A program made the position numbers and the translations under genes. Shown here one piece after another: positions 41,072 to 55,116 of a DNA stretch of 64,000 bases (positions are counted from its first letter, which is position 1; each line of letters opens with the position of its first letter). The stretch comes from an uncultured Nitrososphaerales archaeon (GTDB lineage: Archaea; Thermoproteota; Nitrososphaeria; Nitrososphaerales; Nitrososphaeraceae), in contig CAWJCY010000006.1 in assembly GCA_963841565.1 (NCBI GenBank), positions 1-64,000 of the forward strand. The letters run 5' to 3'. The notes under the pieces were generated by a model, which worked only from the letters and a program-made list of their open reading frames with translations, searched no databases and was not told the DNA's origin.

Positions 41072-42349
41072 TTGATATCTATGTGGAAAGCAAAGTACAA
41101 GATATTTTTGCTAACTTTAGGCTTTGTATTATCTTTCATCAGTCTGATCTGCCCTATAACTCATTCTTCGGACCTGAGAGCTTCCTTCGATGGAGGATCA
41201 GAAGTAACAGATCTCATGAATCAGAGTCTTCTAATAGAGTTCGATAATATTAAGAATATTTCGAATAATACTGAAGATTCAGTATATGGCCAAGTAAGAA
41301 GTTCAGACGATAGTATTTATGTCGTATGGCAAGAATCAGTACCTGGGAATACAGATAGGAACTATGAAATTTTTTTCAAAAAGAGCAGTGATGAGGGAAA
41401 TTCTTTTGGCGAAAAAATTCGATTAAGCGACAATATTGGTTTTTCTGAACATCCTCAAATGGCCTCAGAAAATAAGAACGTTTACGTAGTATGGGCAGAT
41501 AATACAAATGTCAATAAGCAAATTTATTTTAAGAAGAGCAACGATGGAGGAGATTCTTTTGGAGAGCAGATGTTACTGAGCGACGGTAATTCGAATGCAT
41601 TCAACCAGGAGATTTCAAGCTTTGGAGATAATGTGTATATTGTCTGGTTGGAAAAGGTTCCTTATGGTCCCTATCGCATAATGCTAGCCTCCAGCAACGA
41701 TGGCGGAGATACTTTTCACAAACCAATAAAGTTAAGTGAGAATGCAATGGCTCAAACGTATCCAAAAATATCTTCTTTTGATAACAATGTTTATGTCGCC
41801 TGGAATGTCGAGGATCGGCTGGACACGAAAAGCGGGGTTTACTTTATTTCTAGCTTAGATAATGGCATGACATTTGGTAACACATCGAAATTAAATACAG
41901 AAGAAAAAGACTTTGGTGAGCCTCAGGTTGCTAGTTATGGGAACCAGGTTTATGTGATTTGGGGGGGATCAGATACAAACAGACTAAGGAACTTAAGTCT
42001 TATTAAGAGTGATGACTATGGACAAACATTTTCTGAAATCAACAAGATAAGTGAAACTGTTTACGGCAAACTAAGTGAACCTTCGAATGTCGAAATTATG
42101 GCTGATCAGAATAACAGAGTATTCATAGCGTGGCAAGATAAAATGAATCCCTCAGATAAAGATGAGATTTTCTTTGCATCAAGTACCGACCGTGGTGAGT
42201 CATTTAGTGGTGTTACGAATCTGAGTAACAATGCAGATATTTCGGAATGTCCTTCAATTATTGCAGTAAAAGATATGGTATTTGCAACTTGGGAAGATCT
42301 TACTCCTGGGAACCATGAGGTACTTTTTGCCAGAGGTACAATTCTTTGA
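41072..42349 (+). CDS. Secreted BNR/Asp-box repeat (sialidase-like beta-propeller) protein
   Basis: Signal peptide; repeated VYVVW...S.D.G.SF Asp-box units. Confidence 0.85.
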   Translation: MISMWKAKYKIFLLTLGFVLSFISLICPITHSSDLRASFDGGSEVTDLMNQSLLIEFDNIKNISNNTEDSVYGQVRSSDDSIYVVWQESVPGNTDRNYEIFFKKSSDEGNSFGEKIRLSDNIGFSEHPQMASENKNVYVVWADNTNVNKQIYFKKSNDGGDSFGEQMLLSDGNSNAFNQEISSFGDNVYIVWLEKVPYGPYRIMLASSNDGGDTFHKPIKLSENAMAQTYPKISSFDNNVYVAWNVEDRLDTKSGVYFISSLDNGMTFGNTSKLNTEEKDFGEPQVASYGNQVYVIWGGSDTNRLRNLSLIKSDDYGQTFSEINKISETVYGKLSEPSNVEIMADQNNRVFIAWQDKMNPSDKDEIFFASSTDRGESFSGVTNLSNNADISECPSIIAVKDMVFATWEDLTPGNHEVLFARGTIL

Positions 42350-42479
42350 AGATTTCCCGGGGTATGCTCCATTTGGTTTTGCATGAAATTGAAATAATGT
42401 ATATCAGCAGCAGGTTAGGTTTTATAAGTAATGAGGAGGAGGCTGAGCAAGAATTGGCTACTAGAGATAGGCGAACGGA

Positions 42480-43217
42480 TTGAGTGGCAATACTCGTGAA
42501 TCGTATGTAGAGAAAGCTCTTCAAGAATTGAGTAGGAGATGGAAGGTAGAGCCTCCTGTGTATGATTTGCATCTAGGGAAAAGGGATGACGTTAAGGACA
42601 CCGTGATTCAAATAAATGACGTCGTATTCCACATTCCATTTTTGGAACGTGACTCCTTGTATTTGCTTTGGAAATGTCTATGGCCTGATTGCCACAATTG
42701 CTGCGAACATCAAGCTAGCCTACCACTGACTAAGGATGACATTATTCATATTTCCTCGAAACTAGGTTATGATAGGACCTCTGACTTTGTGAATCATGAA
42801 ACGATAATCTCAACCCGTGATGACAATTCTATGGGAGGCTTGATTACAACGATTACAATGCTATCGCTGAAAAGAAAGGATCAGGAAAATGAATCTGACA
42901 CTGGGCAGCCATGTCGGTGCAGATTTCTTTCTGAGACCGGTTCTTGTTCTTTGCATCCAGACAAACCAGGCGTTTGTTGGCTATACCCATTTTCGTCATG
43001 GATTCAAATCTATGAAGGTAGACCACAGGTCCATGCGTCATTTCAATTAACGGGGGACTGTCCAGGCTTCTATACCTCCAGGAGCTTAGAATCAATCAAA
43101 GAAGTGTTAGAAAATTACTCAAAGACAATCTTTGATTATAACATGTCGATGATTCGAACAACTCGAGAGAGTCTTGGTGCATCAAACTGGGTAGAGGCCG
43201 AAAGCGCGAATCTATAA
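42480..43217 (+). CDS. YkgJ/UPF0153 family Cys-cluster protein
   Basis: CLWPDCHNCC, CRFL...CSLHPDKPGVCWLYPF, CPGF. Confidence 0.85.
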   Translation: MSGNTRESYVEKALQELSRRWKVEPPVYDLHLGKRDDVKDTVIQINDVVFHIPFLERDSLYLLWKCLWPDCHNCCEHQASLPLTKDDIIHISSKLGYDRTSDFVNHETIISTRDDNSMGGLITTITMLSLKRKDQENESDTGQPCRCRFLSETGSCSLHPDKPGVCWLYPFSSWIQIYEGRPQVHASFQLTGDCPGFYTSRSLESIKEVLENYSKTIFDYNMSMIRTTRESLGASNWVEAESANL

Positions 43218-43282
43218 TAAGTTTCAGATTCACATTAAATGCCGTTATCTTTAAGCTAAACACAAATTCGCAAATTATGGTG

Positions 43283-43471
43283 CTAGATTATGTGCAGTCT
43301 TCGTGCGCAATCAATATGGTAATAACTACGAGGAATCCCCGTGCTAACCAGCACGTCGTCACTAAGGATTTTTTGTTCACAAAAGCAACACATGCCATTC
43401 TGTCTCGTATTTATTATACTTAAGATCCTATTAGAAATATTATCTTTCGTGATTATCACTCTACGTGCCAA
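43283..43471 (-). CDS. Small zinc-finger-like protein
   Basis: CCFC...YYHIDCA (CxxC/HxxC). Confidence 0.6.
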   Translation of the reverse strand: MARRVIITKDNISNRILSIINTRQNGMCCFCEQKILSDDVLVSTGIPRSYYHIDCARRLHII

Positions 43472-43907
43472 TCTTGATCTAGGCGTACATCTATGTGTGC
43501 TTTAAGCGATTTGAGTCTTTTTTATGATAGAAAATTTCTACAATTAAGATGCTGGTAATTCTGATGCTACAAGGAATATTCGCTACTTTCACCGTGATAC
43601 AATGTAGCAGCAAATACTTGGTTTTATAACTAGTATCGACGTAATTATGATTTTTATCAATCTATCAATAGAAATGAATGGAACCAGTGCACCTTCATCT
43701 TCATTATATTCAGATTGCGATCTACCGTTCAACCTCCCCTTTGTCAAGGCTAGTTTGATGATATCCAACGTCATTATGATAGTTTGGAAAAAGAAAATCT
43801 AGTTCTGTCAGACCATTACAACCGGAGCCCGGATATTCGGCCATTAGTCCTCACGGGACATGTGACTGAATCTTACATCAGCAGTTCCTTTGTCTAATTA
43901 CCAATTT

Positions 43908-43968
43908 ACTCATGAATAACACAAGTGTGATTCATGAGTTACTCATGAGTAACTCATGAGTAACTCAT
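43908..43968. repeat. Hairpin plus tandem 11-bp palindromic repeat array
   Basis: ACTCATGAAT-aacacaagtgtg-ATTCATGAGT-t-ACTCATGAGT-a-ACTCATGAGT-a-ACTCAT. Confidence 0.85.
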
Positions 43969-44146
43969 TGACAGCTCGTCAAGCTTCAAATTTGAGCTTC
44001 GTGATGCTTAACATACGCGAGGTGCAATAGTTTTGACGGCCTTTGAAGGATCAGTCTACCTATACTTGGGAAAGATAGTTTACTAATATTCAACTTCAAG
44101 AAGTATGCATGAACCTGAAATCTTATCTACCATTTGCCAGTTCACT

Positions 44147-44509
44147 TTACCTGCCAATCCTTTTCTTTTTTAACCAGCGAACCAGTTCCTTATTAAGGTC
44201 GTTGTTACTTACATCTATAAGAGGAATTCTTGCCTTGTTTGTAGATTCCAAGACATCTTTGAAAGAATTCATTTCTGCATATGAAAGCCATGCCCAATGA
44301 ACTATACCGTTCATCTGGTCTTTCACCACGTCTGCAGTAGATGGGAGCGAAACGTGTGCAAAAACTATCCCGTCGCACCATTTGACCAAGCTTGCTGTGC
44401 CTTCTGGTGCAACACCAAGGGTCATATGCTTCACAAAATCTGAGAGTGAGTATTCGACCATCTCATGTATTATTATTTGCTCAATAGGAGAATGTGTAAT
44501 TGTAATCAA
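44147..44509 (-). CDS. Hypothetical protein
   Basis: Clean 120-aa ORF (KWCDGIVF, IPLIDVS); TTTATAA upstream on the minus strand. Confidence 0.7.
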   Translation of the reverse strand: MITITHSPIEQIIIHEMVEYSLSDFVKHMTLGVAPEGTASLVKWCDGIVFAHVSLPSTADVVKDQMNGIVHWAWLSYAEMNSFKDVLESTNKARIPLIDVSNNDLNKELVRWLKKKRIGR

Positions 44510-44759
44510 CGTACGGGATAATGCTCATCACGTGTTATAAAGATTAGAATTTACGATATGGATTCCAATTGATGACGCGGAATAATAGAAAATTCGCTTG
44601 GCAAGGATGTAAAATTACCAATTGCAACTCCAGGTTGAACTATAGTATTTGAGCCAAAGTTTCGGATTATAACCTCAAAATTACTAAACAGCTTCAAAAA
44701 ATGAGCGTGTATTTTAATAAGTGAAACAAAAAAAGGGAAGAAAGACTATTCGTATTTCT

Positions 44760-47537
<2,778 letters not shown>

Positions 47538-47559
47538 GGGTACTGTGCCAGAGCAATAC

Positions 47560-47567
47560 TTTATAAA
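47560..47567 (-). promoter_or_regulatory. TATA box of the poly-Ala gene
   Basis: TTTATAAA ~25 nt upstream of GTG 47537, with A-rich BRE-like flank. Confidence 0.55.
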
Positions 47568-47785
47568 TATTTTTACGTGTAATATACAATAAGATTCTAC
47601 AGTGAGATATTGCATGAATGACGGGGACAACGTAAGAATATAGGGGGACGTTATGGCTATTATGGCTACAATTTCATTAGATGCTTTTTGTTTGTTAACG
47701 AAATATCGTTACAAGCATTTCTCTCAGACCCTGAATTCTTAAGTCTTCACCCTTTGAAAAATTCAGCGCAGTCTTCTAGTTTCCG

Positions 47786-48055
47786 ATGAGACCTCTATGG
47801 GGGAATAACTACTTCTATTATGGCATATTTTTTTTAGCAGTCTTTTCGGTCGTGGCATCGGACTTGAATTCGGAGGGTTTCAGATGCCTGTCAATTCTTA
47901 GTCAGGAGGACGCGCCGATAATGGATCCTTCTCTAAGATCGCTAGAATGGAATTGTTTTATCGTCACCAACTCTTATGTGTATTCTCTATTTGGAATAGC
48001 AATTGGAGGAATACTGATCTTCATTTGGTATCGGAAGAGTTTCAACCAAGGCTAA
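47786..48055 (+). CDS. Small two-TM hypothetical protein
   Basis: Two hydrophobic segments with a Cys pair in the loop. Confidence 0.5.
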   Translation: MRPLWGNNYFYYGIFFLAVFSVVASDLNSEGFRCLSILSQEDAPIMDPSLRSLEWNCFIVTNSYVYSLFGIAIGGILIFIWYRKSFNQG

Positions 48056-48648
48056 TGAATCCGTGATAGGTCGTGAGACTACCCCGTGTATGGTTCAAAC
48101 CTTAGAATGCTAAATAGAGAAACAACAATATGTAACTCTGGTTCTGGCCTATTACCCTTCACTGATAATGTGAACAGCCTTCAAGTTTATTGCAGATCAT
48201 CAATTCGGTCGAGGGTCCTCCCTTGACTATACTAGTGAGATTCAATTCTAGAGAATAAAGCATATAGCCGATGACATTCGATGCAAATATCCCTTACTTT
48301 GTGGTAGATATAATCAATTTCGAAGTTGTTGCAAGCATATTATTATTTGTATACACTAATTCGTTCATAATTATAAACATGGGAATCCTATCGAATTTTT
48401 TAAATGCGGCCTCCTGAGGAATCTTTGCGATTGAAACAAAAATGCTTATTTTATTTGGGAATGTCGTTCAATTGACCCCTAAGATGAAACCTATTCAAGA
48501 CAGGCACAATTGCTTGACTAAATAATTTGTGAGATTAACCCTACCTTACTCTAAGGTTGTTATGATAGAAGTGAAAGTATCGTACCACTGTTGCAAAGCT
48601 CAACAGTTACATTAATAATCGACTCTAGTTGTTCTAAGTAACATAGAT

Positions 48649-48960
48649 TTGAATGCTAGGACCTCTGATCGCACCGATTCTCGTCTGACAAAGTGGCATA
48701 TCCAGATACTTAGATGCGTTAAGGGTAGCTCCAAATCAGAGAGCAAAATTTCGAGTCAAACCGAACTTAATCCAATGATTGTTGCTCAATTGATAACCGA
48801 CCTTATGGAATATGGTCTGGTAGAAAGGACATTAAAGCGGAAAATGCGCATGTATTACAGAGAATACTTTTCTGCTACTTTGGATGGAGTTGCACTACTG
48901 GAAACAACTAGGCCCCACGAAAATGATCTGGTAGGAAGAATCATTTCCTTTCTGAGCTAA
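48649..48960 (+). CDS. Winged-helix domain protein
   Basis: LTKWHIQILR...ISSQTELNPMIVAQLITDLMEYGLVER...TLDG. Confidence 0.65.
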   Translation: MNARTSDRTDSRLTKWHIQILRCVKGSSKSESKISSQTELNPMIVAQLITDLMEYGLVERTLKRKMRMYYREYFSATLDGVALLETTRPHENDLVGRIISFLS

Positions 48961-49002
48961 TCGGATCACTTCTAATTCCCAATCGTGTTAGTATTTGCTA
49001 AA

Positions 49003-49758
49003 CTAGGTAGGTTTGAGCACTGGTACTGCTGAACCAGTTATCGCGCGAGAGTCATCAGAGCATAGGAACGCAATAATTTTCACTAGCTCGTCAATAGTAA
49101 CCCATTTCTTGAAATTGGCATCAGGCATCATTTTTCTGTTTGACTTTGTATCGATGATTGAAGGTAATACACAGTTGACGGTTAGATCATAATCCTTTAC
49201 TTCTTTTGAAACGGATTCCACAAATCTTATCAGGCCGGCTTTCGATGAGGCATAAGCTGAATCCAAACCCTGAGCAGATATCCCCGTGTACGAAGAAATA
49301 TGAACTATCCTACCATAACCAGATTGAAGCATTAGCGGGACAACATGCTTGGTAATTAGGAAGGCCGAAAGTAGATTTATGCCAATCATCTTGTTCCATT
49401 CTTCCTCTTCAAGTTGAACTACACTCTTGCCACCAAGATATCCTCCTACAGTATTCACTAGAATATCTATTCGACCTTGTTTCTTAGCAATTGTATTAAC
49501 AAGAGAAACCACTTCGGCATGCTCCATAGAATTACATCGAATAAGGTCGATCTTTTCAGATTTTGAACGAGTAATATTGATACTCATTTCATCTCGGTAA
49601 GTTCCAATGGTCGTAGCACCGTGGGACGTGAAAAAGTCCAATAACCGACTCCCAATTGCACCTGTGCTTCCCGTGATCAGAACTATTTTACCGGAGAAAT
49701 CATGCCTTATCAAATTGCGCCACCATTTGCCATTGCCCATCTGAACTCCCCACTGCAA
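49003..49758 (-). CDS. Short-chain dehydrogenase/reductase
   Basis: ITGSTGAIG, DILVN, YASSK catalytic motif. Confidence 0.9.
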   Translation of the reverse strand: MQWGVQMGNGKWWRNLIRHDFSGKIVLITGSTGAIGSRLLDFFTSHGATTIGTYRDEMSINITRSKSEKIDLIRCNSMEHAEVVSLVNTIAKKQGRIDILVNTVGGYLGGKSVVQLEEEEWNKMIGINLLSAFLITKHVVPLMLQSGYGRIVHISSYTGISAQGLDSAYASSKAGLIRFVESVSKEVKDYDLTVNCVLPSIIDTKSNRKMMPDANFKKWVTIDELVKIIAFLCSDDSRAITGSAVPVLKPT

Positions 49759-49904
49759 TATTTAACCCTTGCATATCTAGAATCTATTTGGGATAGGATT
49801 AGAGTGCCACAAGAGTTATTTGCATTCTCAACTCAAGGCCATGCACGACGTCGACTTAAAAGACATATATTCTCTTCTTGCAAGTAAATATTCAAAACAA
49901 CTAC

Positions 49905-50429
49905 ATGACTAAAATTGGCAATACGTATCGTTGGTTTCATGGACGATTTGCAAATCGACCAACGAATTTTAGCTGGGTGATAGAGAAAAAATTGGCGGGT
50001 AGCGGTATGCCAGTCAATCTGCCACAACTTTTGTGGGTTGCAAAGAACGGCATTAAGAGCGTAATCACAGTTAGAGAAAGTCCGCTTCCTACTTCATGGT
50101 TAGTCAATACTAGTCAGAAACTGGAGTACTTGCACCTGAAGGTTGATGACTTCTGTGCTCCATCGCTTGAAAGTTTAGAATCAACGGTCCGGTATATAGG
50201 CCAACACATTAGCGAAGAGAAACCAGTATTGGTGCATTGCGCAGCTGGAAAAGGAAGAACCGGAACCATTCTCGCGGCATATATCATGAAACAAAACCCC
50301 AAACTATCGTCTCTAGAAGCCATCAATAAGATCAGAGTTTTGAGACCAGGTTCGGTTCAATCTGAGGAACAGATATCAGCCCTTCAAAGATTCGAAAAGC
50401 ATCTAAAAAAGACGACCGGAATAATCTAG
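49905..50429 (+). CDS. Dual-specificity protein phosphatase
   Basis: VHCAAGKGRTG CX5R loop; NFSWV, RPGSVQ. Confidence 0.9.
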   Translation: MTKIGNTYRWFHGRFANRPTNFSWVIEKKLAGSGMPVNLPQLLWVAKNGIKSVITVRESPLPTSWLVNTSQKLEYLHLKVDDFCAPSLESLESTVRYIGQHISEEKPVLVHCAAGKGRTGTILAAYIMKQNPKLSSLEAINKIRVLRPGSVQSEEQISALQRFEKHLKKTTGII

Positions 50430-50696
50430 GTGCGTCCTCATTGTATGATATCGCGAGAGATTAAATTAAGAACTCTTTTTGTGTAGGATGTTCATATCTA
50501 GGAACGATTTGGATGAAACTCTCACGCTTTACGCATTTCAAATCTAACCTCAATAGCATTTTGAGGGGGATAGACGGATATATATGCGGATGGATTTGTG
50601 GGCGAGATTTAGAATTTCCCAAATACATTGAAGTGAATAGCAGAACCTGTTTGCTATTGGAACAGGGCTTAGCTTATATGTCAGGCAGAGGGATAT

Positions 50697-51038
50697 ATGA
50701 TGGATCTTTTGACTCAAAATAGCTTTCCTATGAAGGATTGGCATATTCAACATATGGAAAAGACAATTGTAAAGTATTTAACGGGAATATCGGAAACGGC
50801 CTCGACATGGGAGAAGCGACAGCATCGGAGATACGGGACCATAGCAAATTGCATAAAACAGATAGAATATGACATTAAACATGGGGTTACGATTGATGAA
50901 GTGAGCGGGGTCTTGAAGAAAATTAAGACAGATTCCTCTTTTGAAAACCTTCGTCGTACCGATAGTTTTTATGAACGCTTTGATGAGATTGAAAGACACT
51001 TTGCTCCTCTTAAGGAACGTCTCGCCCTTTGGAATTAG
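50697..51038 (+). CDS. Hypothetical protein
   Basis: Clean 113-aa helical ORF. Confidence 0.6.
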   Translation: MMDLLTQNSFPMKDWHIQHMEKTIVKYLTGISETASTWEKRQHRRYGTIANCIKQIEYDIKHGVTIDEVSGVLKKIKTDSSFENLRRTDSFYERFDEIERHFAPLKERLALWN

Positions 51039-51388
51039 ACCTGGATGAAATAACTAATTTTGTCTCAATTCCTTAAAAGTAAAAATGTAGATACAAATTA
51101 ATTCGATTGGCGACTCTAGTTCGTTACATTTGTAACTTCCGGCGGATGTTATATTTGATTGAAAGTTGTAATTTGTCCATCCCCTTCTATGTATATAAGA
51201 TTTGTTTGAATTGCCCGTTAATGCTGGTCACGCGGGCAGAGAAGAGTCTGTTTATACATATTAGATGCGCACTTAACAATTGCATTATACTACAATATCT
51301 GAAATTTTGAAAAGCCCTCAACAGCATGACGAAAAATCCTCTGCGATTGTCTTCTTGATTAATAAAGGGTTTTCTCATTTTAGATCTC

Positions 51389-51727
51389 ATGAGTGAATTC
51401 GGTTTCGTCAATAATAAAGCTGGTATGCAATTTGAAGATCATCTAACAAGTTTAAGAGGCGATATCAAAGAAATCCTTTTAGAGCTTAGACGGTTCGTAA
51501 AGTCGCTTGGCGACATGGTTATAGAGGAAGTGCGTCCACATCGAATTGTTTACTCGAAGACGCTGAACTTTAGGGCATTCCTTGATGTTCAACCAAAAGA
51601 CAACGGACTCTCTATAATAGTAAAACATGGTAGGGGTAAACCAGAAAATGCCTTTCTTATTTCTAGCGATAAGGACCTGGAAGCGGCGAAATTGCAAATT
51701 TCACAGGCTTTCCAAGATATTAGGTAA
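51389..51727 (+). CDS. DUF5655-like hypothetical protein
   Basis: ELRRFVKSLG..V.EEVRPHRIVYSK...FLDVQP pattern. Confidence 0.6.
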   Translation: MSEFGFVNNKAGMQFEDHLTSLRGDIKEILLELRRFVKSLGDMVIEEVRPHRIVYSKTLNFRAFLDVQPKDNGLSIIVKHGRGKPENAFLISSDKDLEAAKLQISQAFQDIR

Positions 51728-51982
51728 AAAGGTGACTCGTACTGCCTTATCGTAAAATTAGAATAATTTAAGGCGAAATAAGCGAACTTGAGAGCTTGTT
51801 TAATCAGGCCGAGAAAGAGAATGACAATGTAGGCAACGCGTTAGCAATCAAAGAAAATTAGTGTGCCAGCATTATCGGTATCTCGATACTTGGTAAATTT
51901 CACCCAATGAGATCGAATTTAAGGCAAGCCGCTGGATTGGTAGGCGAGTCGTAAGCCTATAACTCTTCAATTCGCCTCAATC

Positions 51983-52228
51983 CTAATGATTCCCCTGACC
52001 CTCTATAACTATCAATGTTAAAGTCGACTTTATTTTGTCTATTTTTCTAATGTGCCATGTGATTGTCTCCTTTAGCTTGTCCATCGAATCCGAGCTTATT
52101 TTCACAATCATGTCGTAGACCCCATAACATCCTTCGACATCATTGACTCCTGGTAGCTTTTTCAGATCGTTAATAATATCTGCTTCATGGCCGAGTTCAC
52201 AGTTGAGTAATACGTATGCTACTGGCAT
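51983..52228 (-). CDS. Stand-alone Lrp/AsnC ligand-binding (RAM) domain protein
   Basis: AYVLLNCELG, GVYDMIVKI, IRKIDKIKSTLTLIV. Confidence 0.9.
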   Translation of the reverse strand: MPVAYVLLNCELGHEADIINDLKKLPGVNDVEGCYGVYDMIVKISSDSMDKLKETITWHIRKIDKIKSTLTLIVIEGQGNH

Positions 52229-52340
52229 AGCCCCTATAACTAGCCAGTAGTATTAAACTTGTGTATTTTGAAAAAGATGTGCCAACCCCTTAGGAATGGC
52301 TCAAACAAAATATAGATTGAACCCGCAAATATCATCAACA

Positions 52341-52868
52341 TTACCCTAGAACTGGTCGTATGTTAAGTCCAAGCGCAGAAGATTTAATCGAAAAAGTAAA
52401 GATCGAAAAATTATGTGCTAAATCGCTGCCAGTAAAAAGAATAGAAATAAGAAAAAGAATAATGACAAAAACTGCAATAACTACAACTAGGATAAGTATT
52501 CTTGTCCTGAGATCCTTTAGACTAGAAGTTCTTGCAGACTTGCTTGCAGTTGTAATTCTCTCTGACACTCCAGCCGCTCGCGGTTTTGGTTCTCCACGGG
52601 ATATTCTTTTCTTTACCTTTGCGCTATTCAGAATTGGGATTTTTTTTGGTTGAGCAGAAGGATCGGCAATGGGCGTCCGTATTTCGTAAAGAACTACCTC
52701 TTTTCCCGAACTAGATAGTTCATTAAACAAACTTAAGGCCTGAGGGTAGTCAGTCTCTTTTTCTGTGTTGACAACGTGACTATTTTTGTCATTCCATTCA
52801 ATAGTCCAAGTACTTGTAAACGGAGACCGTTCCTCTTTAGGCTCTACTCCGTTGTCAGACATCGTCAA
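52341..52868 (-). CDS. Hypothetical protein with C-terminal TM helix
   Basis: Long hydrophobic run ILILVVVIAVFVIILFLISILF. Confidence 0.6.
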   Translation of the reverse strand: MTMSDNGVEPKEERSPFTSTWTIEWNDKNSHVVNTEKETDYPQALSLFNELSSSGKEVVLYEIRTPIADPSAQPKKIPILNSAKVKKRISRGEPKPRAAGVSERITTASKSARTSSLKDLRTRILILVVVIAVFVIILFLISILFTGSDLAHNFSIFTFSIKSSALGLNIRPVLG

Positions 52869-53169
52869 TATTATCTCTATTTTGTTATTATATACGTTAT
52901 TGTTGTCAGAGCCAGATTCTATTTATAGGTATCATCAAAATTTTGTGCTGAAAAGTGCAGCTTATTCAAGTTTATACAAGGGCGCCCACGAATCTTGGGA
53001 TATTCCATTCTCCTTGTTCAAAGAATGATTTTTGGGTTGTACAGTCCCTAAGTTTCAGTCAGTAATTTTCAACCTGAGATCAACAGTTCCTCTGTTAAGG
53101 CTCAGAAATAACCATTTACCAGTGGAGACTCTGTACTTTTTTACTGGTTTACAGGAGATCTTGCAAACT

Positions 53170-53838
53170 CTAGACCTTGAAAGCTCTACTAATCATGATC
53201 AACTCTGGTCCACTCGTCAAACTACCAACGATAACGGATTTGCTGTTAGCGAGCAATCCCGATGACAGGAATGGCATACCGCTGTTAACCGTGACTGGCT
53301 CAGTCTCGACCTTTAGAGTCTCTGCGATAATCGCCAATTCTTCTTCTGATGCCTTGGGGTGAACAGCTGCACCCGTATCAGTTGCAACAATCATTGAACC
53401 GATCTGGTAATATCCTGCGATAGTACAAGAAATAACGGGTACACCAAGAACATCCTGGACCTGCTTGTCAACTTCACCTTTGAATATAGGAGAAACCAAT
53501 GCACCATTATCATTGGCCAAAACTAGGTTCCCCACGGCAGTAAACCTACTAGATAGTCTTTCTACGTTAAGCCCGGTCAATCGCCTCATAACTTCAATCT
53601 CCTCGTCCGACGAAAAAGACGACAACAAGATCCCTTTGTTGTTCATGACAGCCATTGCCCCAATGAGCCTGGTTCCTCCAACCGAAGTAAAAATTACATT
53701 TTCGACCTCTAGATAACTCCTCAATTTAATCATTTTAGTTTCGGCAAAACCAAAAGGTAGGATGAGAGTGCTATTGTTCGCACGACTGAACAACCCTAGA
53801 TTCGGACTCTTGTAAATATCGTACTTGTAAATTCCCAA
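53170..53838 (-). CDS. eif6: Translation initiation factor 6 (aIF6)
   Basis: SPNLGLF, AVGNLVLANDNGALVSP, VHP, TVNSG, TSGPEL. Confidence 0.93.
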   Translation of the reverse strand: MGIYKYDIYKSPNLGLFSRANNSTLILPFGFAETKMIKLRSYLEVENVIFTSVGGTRLIGAMAVMNNKGILLSSFSSDEEIEVMRRLTGLNVERLSSRFTAVGNLVLANDNGALVSPIFKGEVDKQVQDVLGVPVISCTIAGYYQIGSMIVATDTGAAVHPKASEEELAIIAETLKVETEPVTVNSGMPFLSSGLLANSKSVIVGSLTSGPELIMISRAFKV

Positions 53839-54014
53839 CTAATAGGAATTCGATGAGACATTTCTTCATATGAACCTATTGGGAACCGGAATCAAATCCA
53901 TATCATAAAGAAGCCTCAGCGAGAACTACTATCAGTACAGACATAGACCTTGAAGGCGAACCATTCGAAATGATAAATATACAGTATTAGAATATCTGAT
54001 CAAGATTTACGAAG

Positions 54015-54953
54015 TTGGCCACAAATCATTATTTTGGTAGGGATGTTGTTTCAATTAGAGATTTTACTCGGGATGAATTAGAATTTCTTTTCAATTTCAC
54101 AGACAAGATATCTAATCTATCGAGGATTGAAAGAAGCGAACTGGGTAAAGGACGAACCCTTGGTTCAATTTACTATGAACCAAGCACAAGAACAAGGATG
54201 AGCTTTGAAGCCGCAATCTCTTCTATCGGAGGTAGCTCAATTGGTATAACAGATCCTAAGTCTTCATCTATTGAAAAGGGTGAGAGTTTGTCAGATACAA
54301 TTCGAATTATGGATTTGTATTCTGATGTACTCGTATTGAGACATCCTTTAGATGGTTCAGGTAGGTTTGCTAGCGAACTGTCAAAGAATCCTGTTATCAA
54401 CGCAGGGAGCGGAAGCGAGGAACATCCGACTCAGGCTATGCTCGATTTATATACAATTTATAAAGAGAAAAAAAGAATTGACGGCCTTCGAATAGGAATT
54501 ATTGGTGACCTAAAATATGGTAGAACGATATATTCATTGGTATATGGACTAGCTAACTACGACGTAGATATTCGACTGATATCACCCCCTACCCTCAGCA
54601 TACGAAAGGAGTCAATATACGGCGTGGAAAATAAGTTAAAGATTCATGAGTACACTGACATACCTGAGGACATTTTGTCAACGCTAGATGTAATATATGT
54701 AACTAGGATTCAGAAAGAACGATTCCCTGACATACAAGAGTATGAAAAAGTAAAGGGTACCTATACTATTGATCAAACCACAATCGACAAGTCAAAAACT
54801 GATGTTTCAATTATGCATCCATTGCCCAGGTTAGATGAGATCTCGCATTCAATAGACAATACCAACAATGCCGCTTACTTCAGACAAGCAGCAAATGGGA
54901 AAGAGATCAGAGCAGCACTTCTAGCACTGATCACCAATGAAGACCCTGCATAG
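54015..54953 (+). CDS. pyrB: Aspartate carbamoyltransferase catalytic subunit
   Basis: EPSTRTRMSF, HPTQAMLD, GDLKYGRT, RIQKER, MHPLPR. Confidence 0.96.
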   Translation: MATNHYFGRDVVSIRDFTRDELEFLFNFTDKISNLSRIERSELGKGRTLGSIYYEPSTRTRMSFEAAISSIGGSSIGITDPKSSSIEKGESLSDTIRIMDLYSDVLVLRHPLDGSGRFASELSKNPVINAGSGSEEHPTQAMLDLYTIYKEKKRIDGLRIGIIGDLKYGRTIYSLVYGLANYDVDIRLISPPTLSIRKESIYGVENKLKIHEYTDIPEDILSTLDVIYVTRIQKERFPDIQEYEKVKGTYTIDQTTIDKSKTDVSIMHPLPRLDEISHSIDNTNNAAYFRQAANGKEIRAALLALITNEDPA

Positions 54954-55116
54954 TTAATTCATGTTCTGACGATCTTTGTCATGCATTGAAGTGGGTCTTA
55001 GGCATTAAAGCTACTATAACCCCCCAGAATACATTAAATCTAATAACAATATTTTTGTCGAATTGTTTAATACGATTTAAAAATCAGTAGCGGAAATAAC
55101 GTGACAGATTAAGTAG

